This document shows positions 19,298 through 29,133 of a DNA stretch of 64,000 nucleotides, one piece after another (the first letter of the stretch is position 1; the number at the start of each line of letters is the position of its first letter). The stretch spans positions 64,001 through 128,000 of the forward strand of contig JAUVNS010000006.1 of assembly GCA_030599585.1 (NCBI GenBank), in the 5' to 3' direction. The notes under the pieces are model-generated. The model saw nothing but the letters and a program-made list of their open reading frames with translations. It had not been told where the DNA came from and made no database searches. This stretch comes from Promethearchaeota archaeon (lineage in GTDB: Archaea > Asgardarchaeota > Lokiarchaeia > Sigyniarchaeales > SOKP01). The position numbers and the translations under genes are program-made.

Positions 19298-22047
19298 AAC
19301 TTTTTTAATTGATCTTCAAGTTGTTCAATTTTAAACTTTAATTCTTCAAGTTTTTTTCTTTCCTTTTCAACTAAATCTTTTGGAGCTCGTTCTGAAAATT
19401 GACTCTGCAGCTTCTTTTCGATTTTAACAGCCTCATTTTTGGCTTTTTCTAACGAGGTGTGGATTCTTGCTTTATGCTTTTCAATATCAGATTCAGACAA
19501 GGGAACAAATGCAGGTATTCCCCTAAGCACGATTTGGGCTGCTTGAGGAGGTGGAACGATTTTTTTATCGATAATAAATTTATTTTCGTCTATAAATGCC
19601 ATTTTAACTAATTCGTTCCTACATAATTCAAACAATTCTTGTTGAGCTTTAGTTTCAATTGAAATTTGTAATGGGACAAGAGTCTTTAAGGGAATTCCAA
19701 AATCATGTTTTACCCATCTTATCTCCCGAACAAAATCTGCCATCAAGAGAAAACTTTCTTCTATGGTTGGATCGATAAATGATTCTTGTGCTGTTGGCCA
19801 AGGAGCATACATTATTGTGGGTGTAGTTTTAAGGTTGTCTGGAAGAGATTGCCATAGTTTTTCAGTAATGAACGGCATAACAGGATGGAGTAATTTATAG
19901 AATGTTTCTAATACATGGAGGAGTATCGCCTTTTGAATGTGTTTATCGGAATAAGTTTCATCGTATAGAAAAATTTTGCTCATCTCAATGTACCAATCGC
20001 AAAATTCACTCCAAAAAAATGATTTTATTTCCCTTGTCATCCGCAAGTAATCGTAATTATCCATGCACGATTGTACTTCTTTAATCAGTGAGTTCAGGCG
20101 AGAAAGAATCCATTTATCTGGGAATTTTAGCTTATCCAACTCGATTTCGTCGATTTTAGGAATTTCCTCATCTGAAGTAATGTTGGTTAAAACATAGCGA
20201 GAAGCTTGCCAGATTTTATTACAATATTTATGAGCAACCTCAATATTTTTGGGATCATAACTAGTGTCTAATCCTGGAACACTATTTGATATCATTACAT
20301 AACGGAGAGAGTCTGCTCCAAAATCTTTTATAATTACTAAAGGATCATATTGAGCGATATTTTCCATAGATTTGCTTATCTTTCTTCCTTTTTCGTCTCG
20401 AATCATACCGTGTAGATAAACTGTGTGGTATGGAGTTTGTCCTGTTAGCTCGATTCCCATCATAAGTTCTCTCGCAACCCAAAAAAAGAGAATATCATAA
20501 CCTGTTTCTCTAGTATCGGTTGGATAGAAGCGTTTGTAATCCGGATGATCGGTATTCGGCCACCCCAATGTTGAATAAGGCCATAAACCACTTGAGAACC
20601 AAGTATCTAATACGTCCTCATCTTGATGAACTCTGGAACTCTTACATTTAGGACATGTTAATACAGATTCCACATCAGGTTCGGGGCAAATTTCTTCACC
20701 ACATTCATCACAGTACCAAACTGGAATCCTGTGACCCCACCAAAGCTGGCGTGATATACACCAATCGTGTATATTTTCCATCCATTGGAAAAAACGACGC
20801 TGCTCCCTTTCAGGAATTATATTTGTCTCACCACTCCGAACTTTCTCCATAGCAGGCCCAGCAAGTGGCTTTGTTTTCACAAACCACTGAATTGAAACGC
20901 GGGGTTCTATGATTGCATGACATCGTTGACAGTGTGGTTCAGCATGAACATAAGGTTCGATATCAGTTATTAATCCTTCTTTTTCAAGATCTTTTAGGAT
21001 TGCTTTCCGACACTCAAATCGATCCAAACCGGTATAAGCTTCAACAAACCCAGAGAGAATTTGAGCGTTCTCATTAAAGATATTTATGAATTCTAAATCG
21101 TGCTTTTTACCAATTTCAAAATCATTAGGATCATGAGCAGGAGTTATTTTTAAAGCTCCTGTACCAAATTCGGGATCCACAAATTGATCTGCAATTATTG
21201 GAACGGAACGACCGACAGCTGGGATAACTGCTTGTTTACCAATATATTTAGCATATTTAGGATGGGATTTAATTGTAGCCACAGCGGTGTCACCTAATAG
21301 CGTTTCAGGTCTAGTTGTAGCAACAACAATAAAATCTGTAGCACCTTCTGCCCATTTACCACTTGCCCACGCATATTGGGGGCTTTTCCAGGCTTTAGTA
21401 ATAATTGGATACTTGATATACCATAGATGACCGTGTTCATCAATAGCTTCAGTCTCTAAGTCGGATATTGCGGAAACACACCGTCCTGGGCACCAATTAA
21501 CCATGTATTCTCCTCGATATATTAATCCTTTATGATACAATCTGTAGAATGCTTCCCGTACGGCTCGTGATAAGTTTGGGTCCAATGTGAAATATTCCCG
21601 ACTCCAATCGCAGCTAATACCCATGCTTTTCGATTGTTCGGTAATTCGGGCGTGATACTTATGTTTCCATTCCCAAACTTTTTGTACGAATTTTTCACGC
21701 CCTAAATCTTTATGATTTATGCCTTGTTTTAATAGTTCCCTAACAACAACATTTTGAGTTGCAATTCCGGCGTGGTCGGTACCCGGGATATAAAGAGTTT
21801 CTTTCTGCCGCATACGCTCGTAACGCGTCATTAAATCCTCAAGTGAAATCACAAGGGCATGACCTGAATGGAGTTGGCCTGTTACATTAGGTAAGGGAAT
21901 CGTAATACAAAACCGTTCAGATTTTTCATTAGTAATTCCCAATTCTTTGGACTTTTCAGGAGCAAAGAAACCCTCTTTCTCCCACCACTCATACAATTCC
22001 TTTTCAATTGTTCGATGATCGTAAATTTTAGTTAATTCGCTAGTCAT
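19294..22047 (-). CDS. valS: Valine--tRNA ligase, bacterial-type architecture
   Basis: PNVTGQLHSGH, GTDHAGIATQ, ATTRPET.LGD, DWCISRQLWWGHRIP, LDTWFSSGLWP, KISKS, C-terminal coiled coil (F.ERAP..LVEKE). Confidence 0.97.
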   Translation of the reverse strand: MTSELTKIYDHRTIEKELYEWWEKEGFFAPEKSKELGITNEKSERFCITIPLPNVTGQLHSGHALVISLEDLMTRYERMRQKETLYIPGTDHAGIATQNVVVRELLKQGINHKDLGREKFVQKVWEWKHKYHARITEQSKSMGISCDWSREYFTLDPNLSRAVREAFYRLYHKGLIYRGEYMVNWCPGRCVSAISDLETEAIDEHGHLWYIKYPIITKAWKSPQYAWASGKWAEGATDFIVVATTRPETLLGDTAVATIKSHPKYAKYIGKQAVIPAVGRSVPIIADQFVDPEFGTGALKITPAHDPNDFEIGKKHDLEFINIFNENAQILSGFVEAYTGLDRFECRKAILKDLEKEGLITDIEPYVHAEPHCQRCHAIIEPRVSIQWFVKTKPLAGPAMEKVRSGETNIIPEREQRRFFQWMENIHDWCISRQLWWGHRIPVWYCDECGEEICPEPDVESVLTCPKCKSSRVHQDEDVLDTWFSSGLWPYSTLGWPNTDHPDYKRFYPTDTRETGYDILFFWVARELMMGIELTGQTPYHTVYLHGMIRDEKGRKISKSMENIAQYDPLVIIKDFGADSLRYVMISNSVPGLDTSYDPKNIEVAHKYCNKIWQASRYVLTNITSDEEIPKIDEIELDKLKFPDKWILSRLNSLIKEVQSCMDNYDYLRMTREIKSFFWSEFCDWYIEMSKIFLYDETYSDKHIQKAILLHVLETFYKLLHPVMPFITEKLWQSLPDNLKTTPTIMYAPWPTAQESFIDPTIEESFLLMADFVREIRWVKHDFGIPLKTLVPLQISIETKAQQELFELCRNELVKMAFIDENKFIIDKKIVPPPQAAQIVLRGIPAFVPLSESDIEKHKARIHTSLEKAKNEAVKIEKKLQSQFSERAPKDLVEKERKKLEELKFKIEQLEDQLKKF

Positions 22048-22163
22048 TTTAATTCCTCAAATAATGTTATATAGTTCCAGAAATATCTTAAAAATTTCGG
22101 ATCAACCTAACAAGAATCAATTGAAATGTAAAAATTAATTTGTTTTGTTTTAATCTTTTTTTT

Positions 22164-23420
22164 ATGGAATATAAAGAGGATATTGATAAAGCAAAGGAAC
22201 GAATGAATGCATGGTGGGATCACGAAATCATCGATCGACCAGTTCTAAGCTACTATTACCCAAAAAAAAGAGGAAAACTTGGAGTATTTTTAGATACCGT
22301 AGGTGAAGATTGGACTTTAGCTAAAAATTATGAAGATATTGATAATGCATTGGATGGATACGAAAAACGAGCCGGGGAAACCTATTTTGGAGGGGAATCG
22401 TTTCCTTTTTTCTTTCCCAACTATGGTCCAGGAATAATGGCGGCAGTATTTGGAGTAATCCCCACTTTTAAATCTAGCACAGTTTGGTTTAGTCTTCCAA
22501 CAAAACCAGAAGATATCATAGAACACTTGGAAAGTATTAAGCTAAACCAAAATAACGAATGGTATTCAAGACTACTCAGAATAACTGAAACTGCGGCAAA
22601 GAGAGCCGGAAAGAACTACCTAATATCAATGACCGATATTGGTGGCGTTTTAGATATACTTTCATCGTTCTTAGGACCAACCAACATAATTCTAACCATG
22701 AAAAGAAAACCTGAAGTTATAGATACATGCCGGTCTATTATTCTAGAGAAATTATTAAGGGTGTACGATGATTTACAGAAAATTGTTGATCAATATTGCG
22801 ACGGGTGTACTTGTTGGTTAGGTGTTTGGGGCAAAAAGCGATGGTATGCGTTACAGAGCGATTTTTGTGCGATGCTGAATCCTAAATGGTTTAAAAAATT
22901 TGTCTTACAAGATCTCGTAGAGCAAGCCAACCACATGAATTACGCCATTTATCATCTAGACGGGCCAAACGCATTACCACATTTAGATTATCTTTTAAAG
23001 GAACCCAGTATATCAGGAATTCAATGGGTTCCAGGAGCAGGAAATGCATCTATGGGTTCGAACGATTGGATACCTCTTTATAAAAGAATTCAAGAAGCAG
23101 GTAAAAATTTAGTAATTGATTCTGCGCCGGAAAATGTTTCACATCTTTATAAAAACCTGGACCCTAAAGGGTTATATGTGCGAACCTTTTATCGATCGGA
23201 ATATATTGCAAACCAATATTTACCTAAATTTGCAGGAGGTCATGAGGGTGAACTCATATTAGAAGCAACTAATTGGTTAAAAGAACAAGGAAAGGATAAA
23301 ATTACCAAGGAGGCGTTAAATAATTTTTTGCTTTTTAAAAAATCAGAATTAGAAAACAAGTATCGAAAGGATTTGCTTAAAGAGATCAATAATATATTTT
23401 CAAGTAATTGGCATTACTAA
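22164..23420 (+). CDS. Divergent URO-D-like TIM-barrel protein (methyltransferase-associated type) with a C-terminal extension
   Basis: AWWDHEIIDRP, NYGPG, LQSDF..M, YHLDGP, IQWVPGAG, IQEAGK. ATG at 22164 preferred over TTG at 22140. Confidence 0.7.
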   Translation: MEYKEDIDKAKERMNAWWDHEIIDRPVLSYYYPKKRGKLGVFLDTVGEDWTLAKNYEDIDNALDGYEKRAGETYFGGESFPFFFPNYGPGIMAAVFGVIPTFKSSTVWFSLPTKPEDIIEHLESIKLNQNNEWYSRLLRITETAAKRAGKNYLISMTDIGGVLDILSSFLGPTNIILTMKRKPEVIDTCRSIILEKLLRVYDDLQKIVDQYCDGCTCWLGVWGKKRWYALQSDFCAMLNPKWFKKFVLQDLVEQANHMNYAIYHLDGPNALPHLDYLLKEPSISGIQWVPGAGNASMGSNDWIPLYKRIQEAGKNLVIDSAPENVSHLYKNLDPKGLYVRTFYRSEYIANQYLPKFAGGHEGELILEATNWLKEQGKDKITKEALNNFLLFKKSELENKYRKDLLKEINNIFSSNWHY

Positions 23421-23446
23421 ATACAATACAATTATATACTCACTTT

Positions 23447-24607
23447 TTACAGTTTTAAAGGGTATTTACGATACTTCTCAATTGCAGCTCTCATTGCTAA
23501 AACATTCTCCCACGGCATATTTAAAATGTCGTGACTAGGTCCTACAAAAAAACCGCCGCCTTTTCCAGCCTTCTTTATTGTGCTCCTTACATTTTCGTAC
23601 GTATCTTCGGGAGTTCCATGAGTTAAAACCCCTGAGGAGTCCAATCCACCCATAAAGCACAAACGGTCCCCTAGCGATTCTTTTAATCCAGCCAAGTCAA
23701 CTCCTGCTGTTGCTTCTAAAGATTGAATGCAATTAAGCCCAGCATCAACTAAATCAGGTAAATATTGATCACATTTCCCACAAGAATGGAGTACAACTAT
23801 CACACCCCTTTTTTTACATGTATTGTAAATTCTTTTGTGATATGGAAGGATAAATTCTCGAAAAACTTTCATAGAAAAGAATCCATTGTCTTTATAACCC
23901 AAATCATCGCCGAACATTACTATATCAACGCCTACTTCAGCTAACCGTTTAACTATTTCAATATTAACCTTCGTGTACTCGTCCATAATTTCGTGAATGA
24001 ATTTTGGATTTTTGCGTATATAATAAGCAAAACGAGTAAAAGAAAGACCCCCAATTAAAACTTCAGATGGGTTAATGGGTAAATTTGCCATTGGATAGAA
24101 ATAGGGCGCAAGGGCTTCAACAAATCCGTCCCATTTTTGAGTCGAGTATTTAACCCTATCGTTAATTAATTCGGTAGGTTTGCCATACTGATCCCAATAC
24201 GAGTGCAAGATCTCCGGATTTGTAAAATAACCTCCAACATACCAAGCATATTCCAAACCTGTATTAATTTGCTTCACAGTTCTGTATAATCTTCCGTCCA
24301 TCCTATTAAGACGACAGCCAGCGTATTCAGGAGGTGCGTTTTCGTATCGCACTTTTATTTTATTTTCCCCAAATGGGTCCATTCCATAAAGATCGGCGTT
24401 CCAAAAGCGTTGTTCTGTAATATAGTATTTAATATTAGCTTTCGTATTTTTTACGGAACTATGATATCTTTTCCGTTCTTCTGATTCTTTAAAAGCTTGG
24501 AAAGAAAGCCCTGTTTGTTCAAAACCAAATAAATGTATAGGAACAATATCGGGTTCGCCATCAAGCTCGAGAGTTTTGAATACACGCTCCCGCTTTGATA
24601 AGCCCAT
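23447..24607 (-). CDS. URO-D / MtaA-CmuA family protein, close paralogue of 17099..18274
   Basis: GDDLGYK, LHSCG, GVDLA, MGGLDS, GPSHD. Same LSKRERV N-terminus and IEKYRKYPL C-terminus as 17099..18274. Confidence 0.9.
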   Translation of the reverse strand: MGLSKRERVFKTLELDGEPDIVPIHLFGFEQTGLSFQAFKESEERKRYHSSVKNTKANIKYYITEQRFWNADLYGMDPFGENKIKVRYENAPPEYAGCRLNRMDGRLYRTVKQINTGLEYAWYVGGYFTNPEILHSYWDQYGKPTELINDRVKYSTQKWDGFVEALAPYFYPMANLPINPSEVLIGGLSFTRFAYYIRKNPKFIHEIMDEYTKVNIEIVKRLAEVGVDIVMFGDDLGYKDNGFFSMKVFREFILPYHKRIYNTCKKRGVIVVLHSCGKCDQYLPDLVDAGLNCIQSLEATAGVDLAGLKESLGDRLCFMGGLDSSGVLTHGTPEDTYENVRSTIKKAGKGGGFFVGPSHDILNMPWENVLAMRAAIEKYRKYPLKL

Positions 24608-24778
24608 AATTTCTGTGAAATTTACTCAATATAATTTTAAATTAGATTAATAGAGGGTAGAATTATATTAAACTAAAAAACATTTCTTAATTGAAGGTTT
24701 ATATAGACTTAAAAGTAAGATTTCTTTTAGCAAGAGCTATAGCCATTCGGTTATAGATATGGTTTAGTAAGCATTAAC

Positions 24779-25426
24779 TCAAACATATATTTCTTTGCGG
24801 AAACTATCGAAAATAAGCATCGTTCCTATTATTAATATTATAGGTGAAGTAATATTCATAAGGTTTATTAAAAAGATTTCTGGTCTTAAAATACTTCCCA
24901 ATCCAATAAAAATTACGCCTGAAATCACTTTCAGAGATTTCTGTTTTGCTATTCCTGTATTTTTTAAAAATTTAAGGAATAATAAATAAGGAATGAATGA
25001 AGTGATAGTTAAAATACATAGTAATATTATATTTGGCAGACCCGTGAAACTTAAAATAAGTATTATAATTAATGGGATTATTCCCGCAAAATAATGTCTT
25101 TCATAAGTAATCTTATTCATTACTTTCTCCAAATGTATGATTTTGTTCCAAAATGGAAAGAACAACAGTAAAATTCTGGCTCTAAGTAGAAAATCGTAAG
25201 TAATAATATCTATTGGTAAAGAGACTGAGAAAATTTTCATAAGATTTTCAATGGCTATAATAAAAAAGAAGATTTCCCATGAAAATAAGTCGTTATAAAA
25301 GTGAAAGTCTTTTTCTTTAGAGAATTTCTTTGAGATATAAAGCTTATTAATTATAATTAAAGCAATAGATATTGATAAAACTACATTAACTAAAAATAAT
25401 ATTACACCGATAAATACAAAATCCAA
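24779..25426 (-). CDS. Multi-pass membrane protein, unknown function
   Basis: 215 aa with 6-7 hydrophobic segments, starting 2 nt after the upstream gene's stop. Confidence 0.75.
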   Translation of the reverse strand: MDFVFIGVILFLVNVVLSISIALIIINKLYISKKFSKEKDFHFYNDLFSWEIFFFIIAIENLMKIFSVSLPIDIITYDFLLRARILLLFFPFWNKIIHLEKVMNKITYERHYFAGIIPLIIILILSFTGLPNIILLCILTITSFIPYLLFLKFLKNTGIAKQKSLKVISGVIFIGLGSILRPEIFLINLMNITSPIILIIGTMLIFDSFRKEIYV

Positions 25427-25428
25427 TT

Positions 25429-26718
25429 TTATCCCTCTAATAAATGAAATACTACAATTGGTATTAAATTTCCTTCAAGGGATACTCGCTCATTATTGGC
25501 ACGATTTACCAAATTATTTGCCATACTATTAATCGACTGTTCAGCAGAATCGAGATCGAACAATTTTCTATATTTTGGATCATCTGGATTTGATAATATT
25601 TTCCTTTGCCATTTCAAACCTAATGCATTTGCCTGTAATTGTAGCCCTGCTAACGCCATTCCAGCCTCAACTTCGGCCCAATACTTAAGATTCATAACTC
25701 TGTGCATTAATCCCGTACAAGGCTTTTTTCGATCAATACATAATAATATGGCATAATTAGAGAAACTAATATCAAACTCCTTTTCAATCTCAGTTCTAAA
25801 AGTCTCAGAGCTAAATTTTTGTATAAAATGGTCGTATGTTATGGCTCCATTAACCTTAATCCATCTATTCAACGCAGAATACCCGACTGGATTATAATGG
25901 TATGATCCATTTGGGACATTAGCAAGATCCCGTACATAAACTAGTGGATATACTGCATATCCCGCACATCCTGATGCATGCACACGACCGTAACCATTTT
26001 TCTCTAAAACATCACGGTTTCCATGAGTCGCATGATCTGTTTCTCCTTGACAAGCCCAGAGTAGTTGAGAGATTTGATGTAAATTTGTATAGTTTGGTGC
26101 TTTTTCATCAACCAGATTAAAAATAACATCGTCTAGTGGAATACCTTTATACTTATTCTCATAGATTGCACGGTTCTTGTAACAAGCTGGAGTGTCAAGT
26201 AAGATAGTACCCACCTCTACTTTTTTTTGAAGAGGTTCTGCAGTATCTTCTACTAATGCTGCCCTATCTCTCTCTCGAACTGCTACCGAATATAAAAAGG
26301 TATAATTTTGGTTCATTAAATTGTTAACGAGTTTATTATATTTTTTAGGTGCTCTTGCTCGTTGTGATACACCAAGCCCAATACTATCCATTTTTAATGA
26401 GAGATACTGCCATGTAATCCCTACCCGAATTAAATCCTCAAATTCAATAGATTCCTTCCAAACTAATTCGGGATATAGCTCCATAGTAAATTTTGTTTTT
26501 TCTTTATCAGTTAATCGATCCAAACCATCACTATTATATTTATATATCCCTCCGGTATAATCGTCCCCCTCAGGTAATACAATAAATAGAGAATTTGAAG
26601 GTGCTGCTTGAAATGTAGAATTACATACTTCCTTAATAACAGATAATTGCAACACACGCCCTTCACCTGAGCAATCTTTACGCCTTGCCAAACTCTCTTG
26701 AAGACTCACTTTAAGCAC
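25429..26718 (-). CDS. SagB/ThcOx-like nitroreductase-fold flavoprotein with two lobes
   Basis: ISQLLWACQG, RVHASG..YAVYPLVYV..V.NG.YHYNP, EAGMA..LQLQANALGL, plus a degenerate N-terminal copy (LQESLARRK, AAPS, GIYKY). Confidence 0.65.
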   Translation of the reverse strand: MLKVSLQESLARRKDCSGEGRVLQLSVIKEVCNSTFQAAPSNSLFIVLPEGDDYTGGIYKYNSDGLDRLTDKEKTKFTMELYPELVWKESIEFEDLIRVGITWQYLSLKMDSIGLGVSQRARAPKKYNKLVNNLMNQNYTFLYSVAVRERDRAALVEDTAEPLQKKVEVGTILLDTPACYKNRAIYENKYKGIPLDDVIFNLVDEKAPNYTNLHQISQLLWACQGETDHATHGNRDVLEKNGYGRVHASGCAGYAVYPLVYVRDLANVPNGSYHYNPVGYSALNRWIKVNGAITYDHFIQKFSSETFRTEIEKEFDISFSNYAILLCIDRKKPCTGLMHRVMNLKYWAEVEAGMALAGLQLQANALGLKWQRKILSNPDDPKYRKLFDLDSAEQSINSMANNLVNRANNERVSLEGNLIPIVVFHLLEG

Positions 26719-26818
26719 TAAACTAATTTTAATAAAGTAATTATAATAAGAAGATTAGTATATTAGTTCAAAACTTTTTTGACTTTTAAAAAAAATAAGA
26801 ATAAAAAATAAGATTAAA

Positions 26819-27907
26819 TTATTTTTGGTTTACCAAGTATTCGTTCATTTCAACGAAAGAGCTTGTTCGGATGATGGCTGCTTTGAGAAATTGAAACCCT
26901 ATGTCGTAGGTTGACCCGTCTCCACCGATGTGGATAACATATGGCACATCACCTTTGTATAATCCCTTGGCTTTTAAGATTTTATAGGTTGTGCTTATCC
27001 CGTCTGCAACAGTCGCACCTGATTCAAATAAATGGTGAATCCAAGGAACTTTCCACGAGCCTACAAAATCTTTGGAAGTAGAGACCTCAGCACAACTGGT
27101 ATTATTTACGTATATAATATTGTTTCCAGCGATAGCAGAGGCTACAGTTGCCATCTGATTCAATACCATTCCTGCTCCACATCCAGGACAAAGTCCATGT
27201 CCGGGGTGCAGATGAGTTTGTGGTTTTAATGTCCTTCTATTAACCTTATAAAAGTCTACAGGTTTTTCAGCTCCAAATTGTTCAATAAGTCCTTTTAATT
27301 TGAGATTTCGTTGTTCTGTAAAATATATTATCTGGTCAATTTCTTTTTCCATAAATCTTGGTTTAAACAAGTGCTTGAATTTACCCATTGACTTAAGGTA
27401 TTCTACGAACTTTTCTTTATCAATATCTAAACCGCGATAGTAAGAAAATGTTGGTATTCCGTCTTTAACTCTTATGGTATAAAGAGGCCAATATCCACAA
27501 TCAGTAGCTAATTTTGAGATACTTGCCGCATCACCAGCATCGTGACGCCATCCTCGCATGCAATCTGAATAGGATTGAATGAAAGCAGACCCATTTGATT
27601 TTAGAGCATCAGCAACTTTTCCCATGAAATCTGCGGGGTAAGCAGGATTAGCCGTAGCTAAAAATAGAGATTTTGTACCAAAGAAAGCAAAAGGAGTTAC
27701 CAGATCTTGCTTAACACCGATTTTTCCGGGTATTTTTTCACCCCCCGGACCAGTCGTTGTTGAAGCGTACGGTGGAGTTGCTCCTGATTCCTGAATACCT
27801 GTATTCATAAAAGCTTCGTTATCATAGTTAAGAAACAATACATTAGTCTTAGAAGTTCTTGCGAGAATGTCTTCAAATACGATCACATTTCTTTCTGGTT
27901 TTGACAT
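26819..27907 (-). CDS. porB: 2-oxoacid (pyruvate):ferredoxin oxidoreductase beta subunit, circularly permuted
   Basis: YDNEAFMNTGIQES.ATP is at the N-terminus; GHGLCPGCG, TSCAEV and GGDGSTYDIG are at the C-terminus. ATG at 27907 directly follows the porA stop. Confidence 0.9.
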   Translation of the reverse strand: MSKPERNVIVFEDILARTSKTNVLFLNYDNEAFMNTGIQESGATPPYASTTTGPGGEKIPGKIGVKQDLVTPFAFFGTKSLFLATANPAYPADFMGKVADALKSNGSAFIQSYSDCMRGWRHDAGDAASISKLATDCGYWPLYTIRVKDGIPTFSYYRGLDIDKEKFVEYLKSMGKFKHLFKPRFMEKEIDQIIYFTEQRNLKLKGLIEQFGAEKPVDFYKVNRRTLKPQTHLHPGHGLCPGCGAGMVLNQMATVASAIAGNNIIYVNNTSCAEVSTSKDFVGSWKVPWIHHLFESGATVADGISTTYKILKAKGLYKGDVPYVIHIGGDGSTYDIGFQFLKAAIIRTSSFVEMNEYLVNQK

Positions 27908-27908
27908 T

Positions 27909-29132
27909 TTACATATCCACCTCATGAATTTTATCTTTGCTTTCTCTAACACCTAGATATGTGTAGAGTTGTCCTTTCATGTCGTTCACTGATTTCATCT
28001 TCCTTTTAGTGACATCGAATTCGTCTCGCGTGACATCTCTACCACCTAATCCGACAATAAAGCTTCTAAATATAGTATTAAGTGGATATAATGCTGTTGC
28101 GATTGAGGTTGAAAATGGTGGTAGAAGATTGTTCAACGAATCAGATTTCTCTAAAATGATTAATTTTTCAATGTTGTGTTCTTGTACAATTTTTTGTAAC
28201 TCTTCATAAGGGAATGGTCTGTAAGCTCTGATTTTGATTAATCCTATATCTTTATTTTTAGTCATCCAACTAATAATGTTTCCACACATCGAACCCATGG
28301 TAATAAATGCAGTTTTTGAGGAATTATCTAAATTATAGGTTTCAATTAAGTTATAATGGCGACCAGTTGCTTTTCCGAAATCATCAAAAGATTGTTTCAT
28401 TACATCTAACACGGATTTTTTGGCGATATCAAGGCCCATTCTTCCCTCCATAAAAAAGCCTGGCGTGACAAGTCCACCCCAGACTCCTGGACGTTCAGGT
28501 GTGATTGTATGACGAGGTTTTTTTGGTGTTAAATTACGTACGATTTCATCGGGAGTTAACCATAATTTCTGAACTGAATGAGAAATTATAAAGCCATCGT
28601 GAACAAACATAGTTGGGAATAATGAATTGTCAGATATCATTACAGATAAAATTGAGGCATCATATGTTTCTTGGACATTTTCTGACACAATGCAGTTCCA
28701 CCCATAATCGGTTATTACATACTCCCAGCTATTCCAGATAGATATATTTGGGGAGTTGAAAGCACGGGCGGAGATCATCATCGTTAATGGGACTCGCCAG
28801 CCTACAGGCATAGGTAAAGCTTCCGACATCAATAAGTAGCCTTGAGACGCAGTTGCTGTAAATGTTCTAGCACCTGCTGCACAAGCAGCAGTTGAATAAC
28901 TCATAGCTGCTAATTCCGATTCGACATTAACGAATGCTGCTTTCAACCTTCCTTGATGAACCACATCGGATAATCCCTCAACAGACTGCGTTTGAGGCGT
29001 AATCGGGAAAGCACATACAACATCGGGATCCGTTTGAGTGACCCCTCCTGCTACGGCGTAATTACCAATCATTGCAGTTTCAATTGGTTCTTTAATCTCC
29101 TTAAAAAATAATTTCATTGGTTCTACTGACAT
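27909..29132 (-). CDS. porA: 2-oxoacid:ferredoxin oxidoreductase alpha subunit
   Basis: AFPITPQT, VESE.AA, GARTFTATASQG, HDGF.ISH, RPFP, GLGGRD. ATG at 29132 follows GGAGGT. Confidence 0.93.
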   Translation of the reverse strand: MSVEPMKLFFKEIKEPIETAMIGNYAVAGGVTQTDPDVVCAFPITPQTQSVEGLSDVVHQGRLKAAFVNVESELAAMSYSTAACAAGARTFTATASQGYLLMSEALPMPVGWRVPLTMMISARAFNSPNISIWNSWEYVITDYGWNCIVSENVQETYDASILSVMISDNSLFPTMFVHDGFIISHSVQKLWLTPDEIVRNLTPKKPRHTITPERPGVWGGLVTPGFFMEGRMGLDIAKKSVLDVMKQSFDDFGKATGRHYNLIETYNLDNSSKTAFITMGSMCGNIISWMTKNKDIGLIKIRAYRPFPYEELQKIVQEHNIEKLIILEKSDSLNNLLPPFSTSIATALYPLNTIFRSFIVGLGGRDVTRDEFDVTKRKMKSVNDMKGQLYTYLGVRESKDKIHEVDM

Positions 29133-29133
29133 T

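Noticed and set aside
27907-27952. Longer N-termini given by the ORF track for porB, porA, mcmA and 45817
   Set aside because: They overlap the upstream gene or the RBS. Downstream ATGs fit the operon spacing, the RBS and paralogue alignment better.
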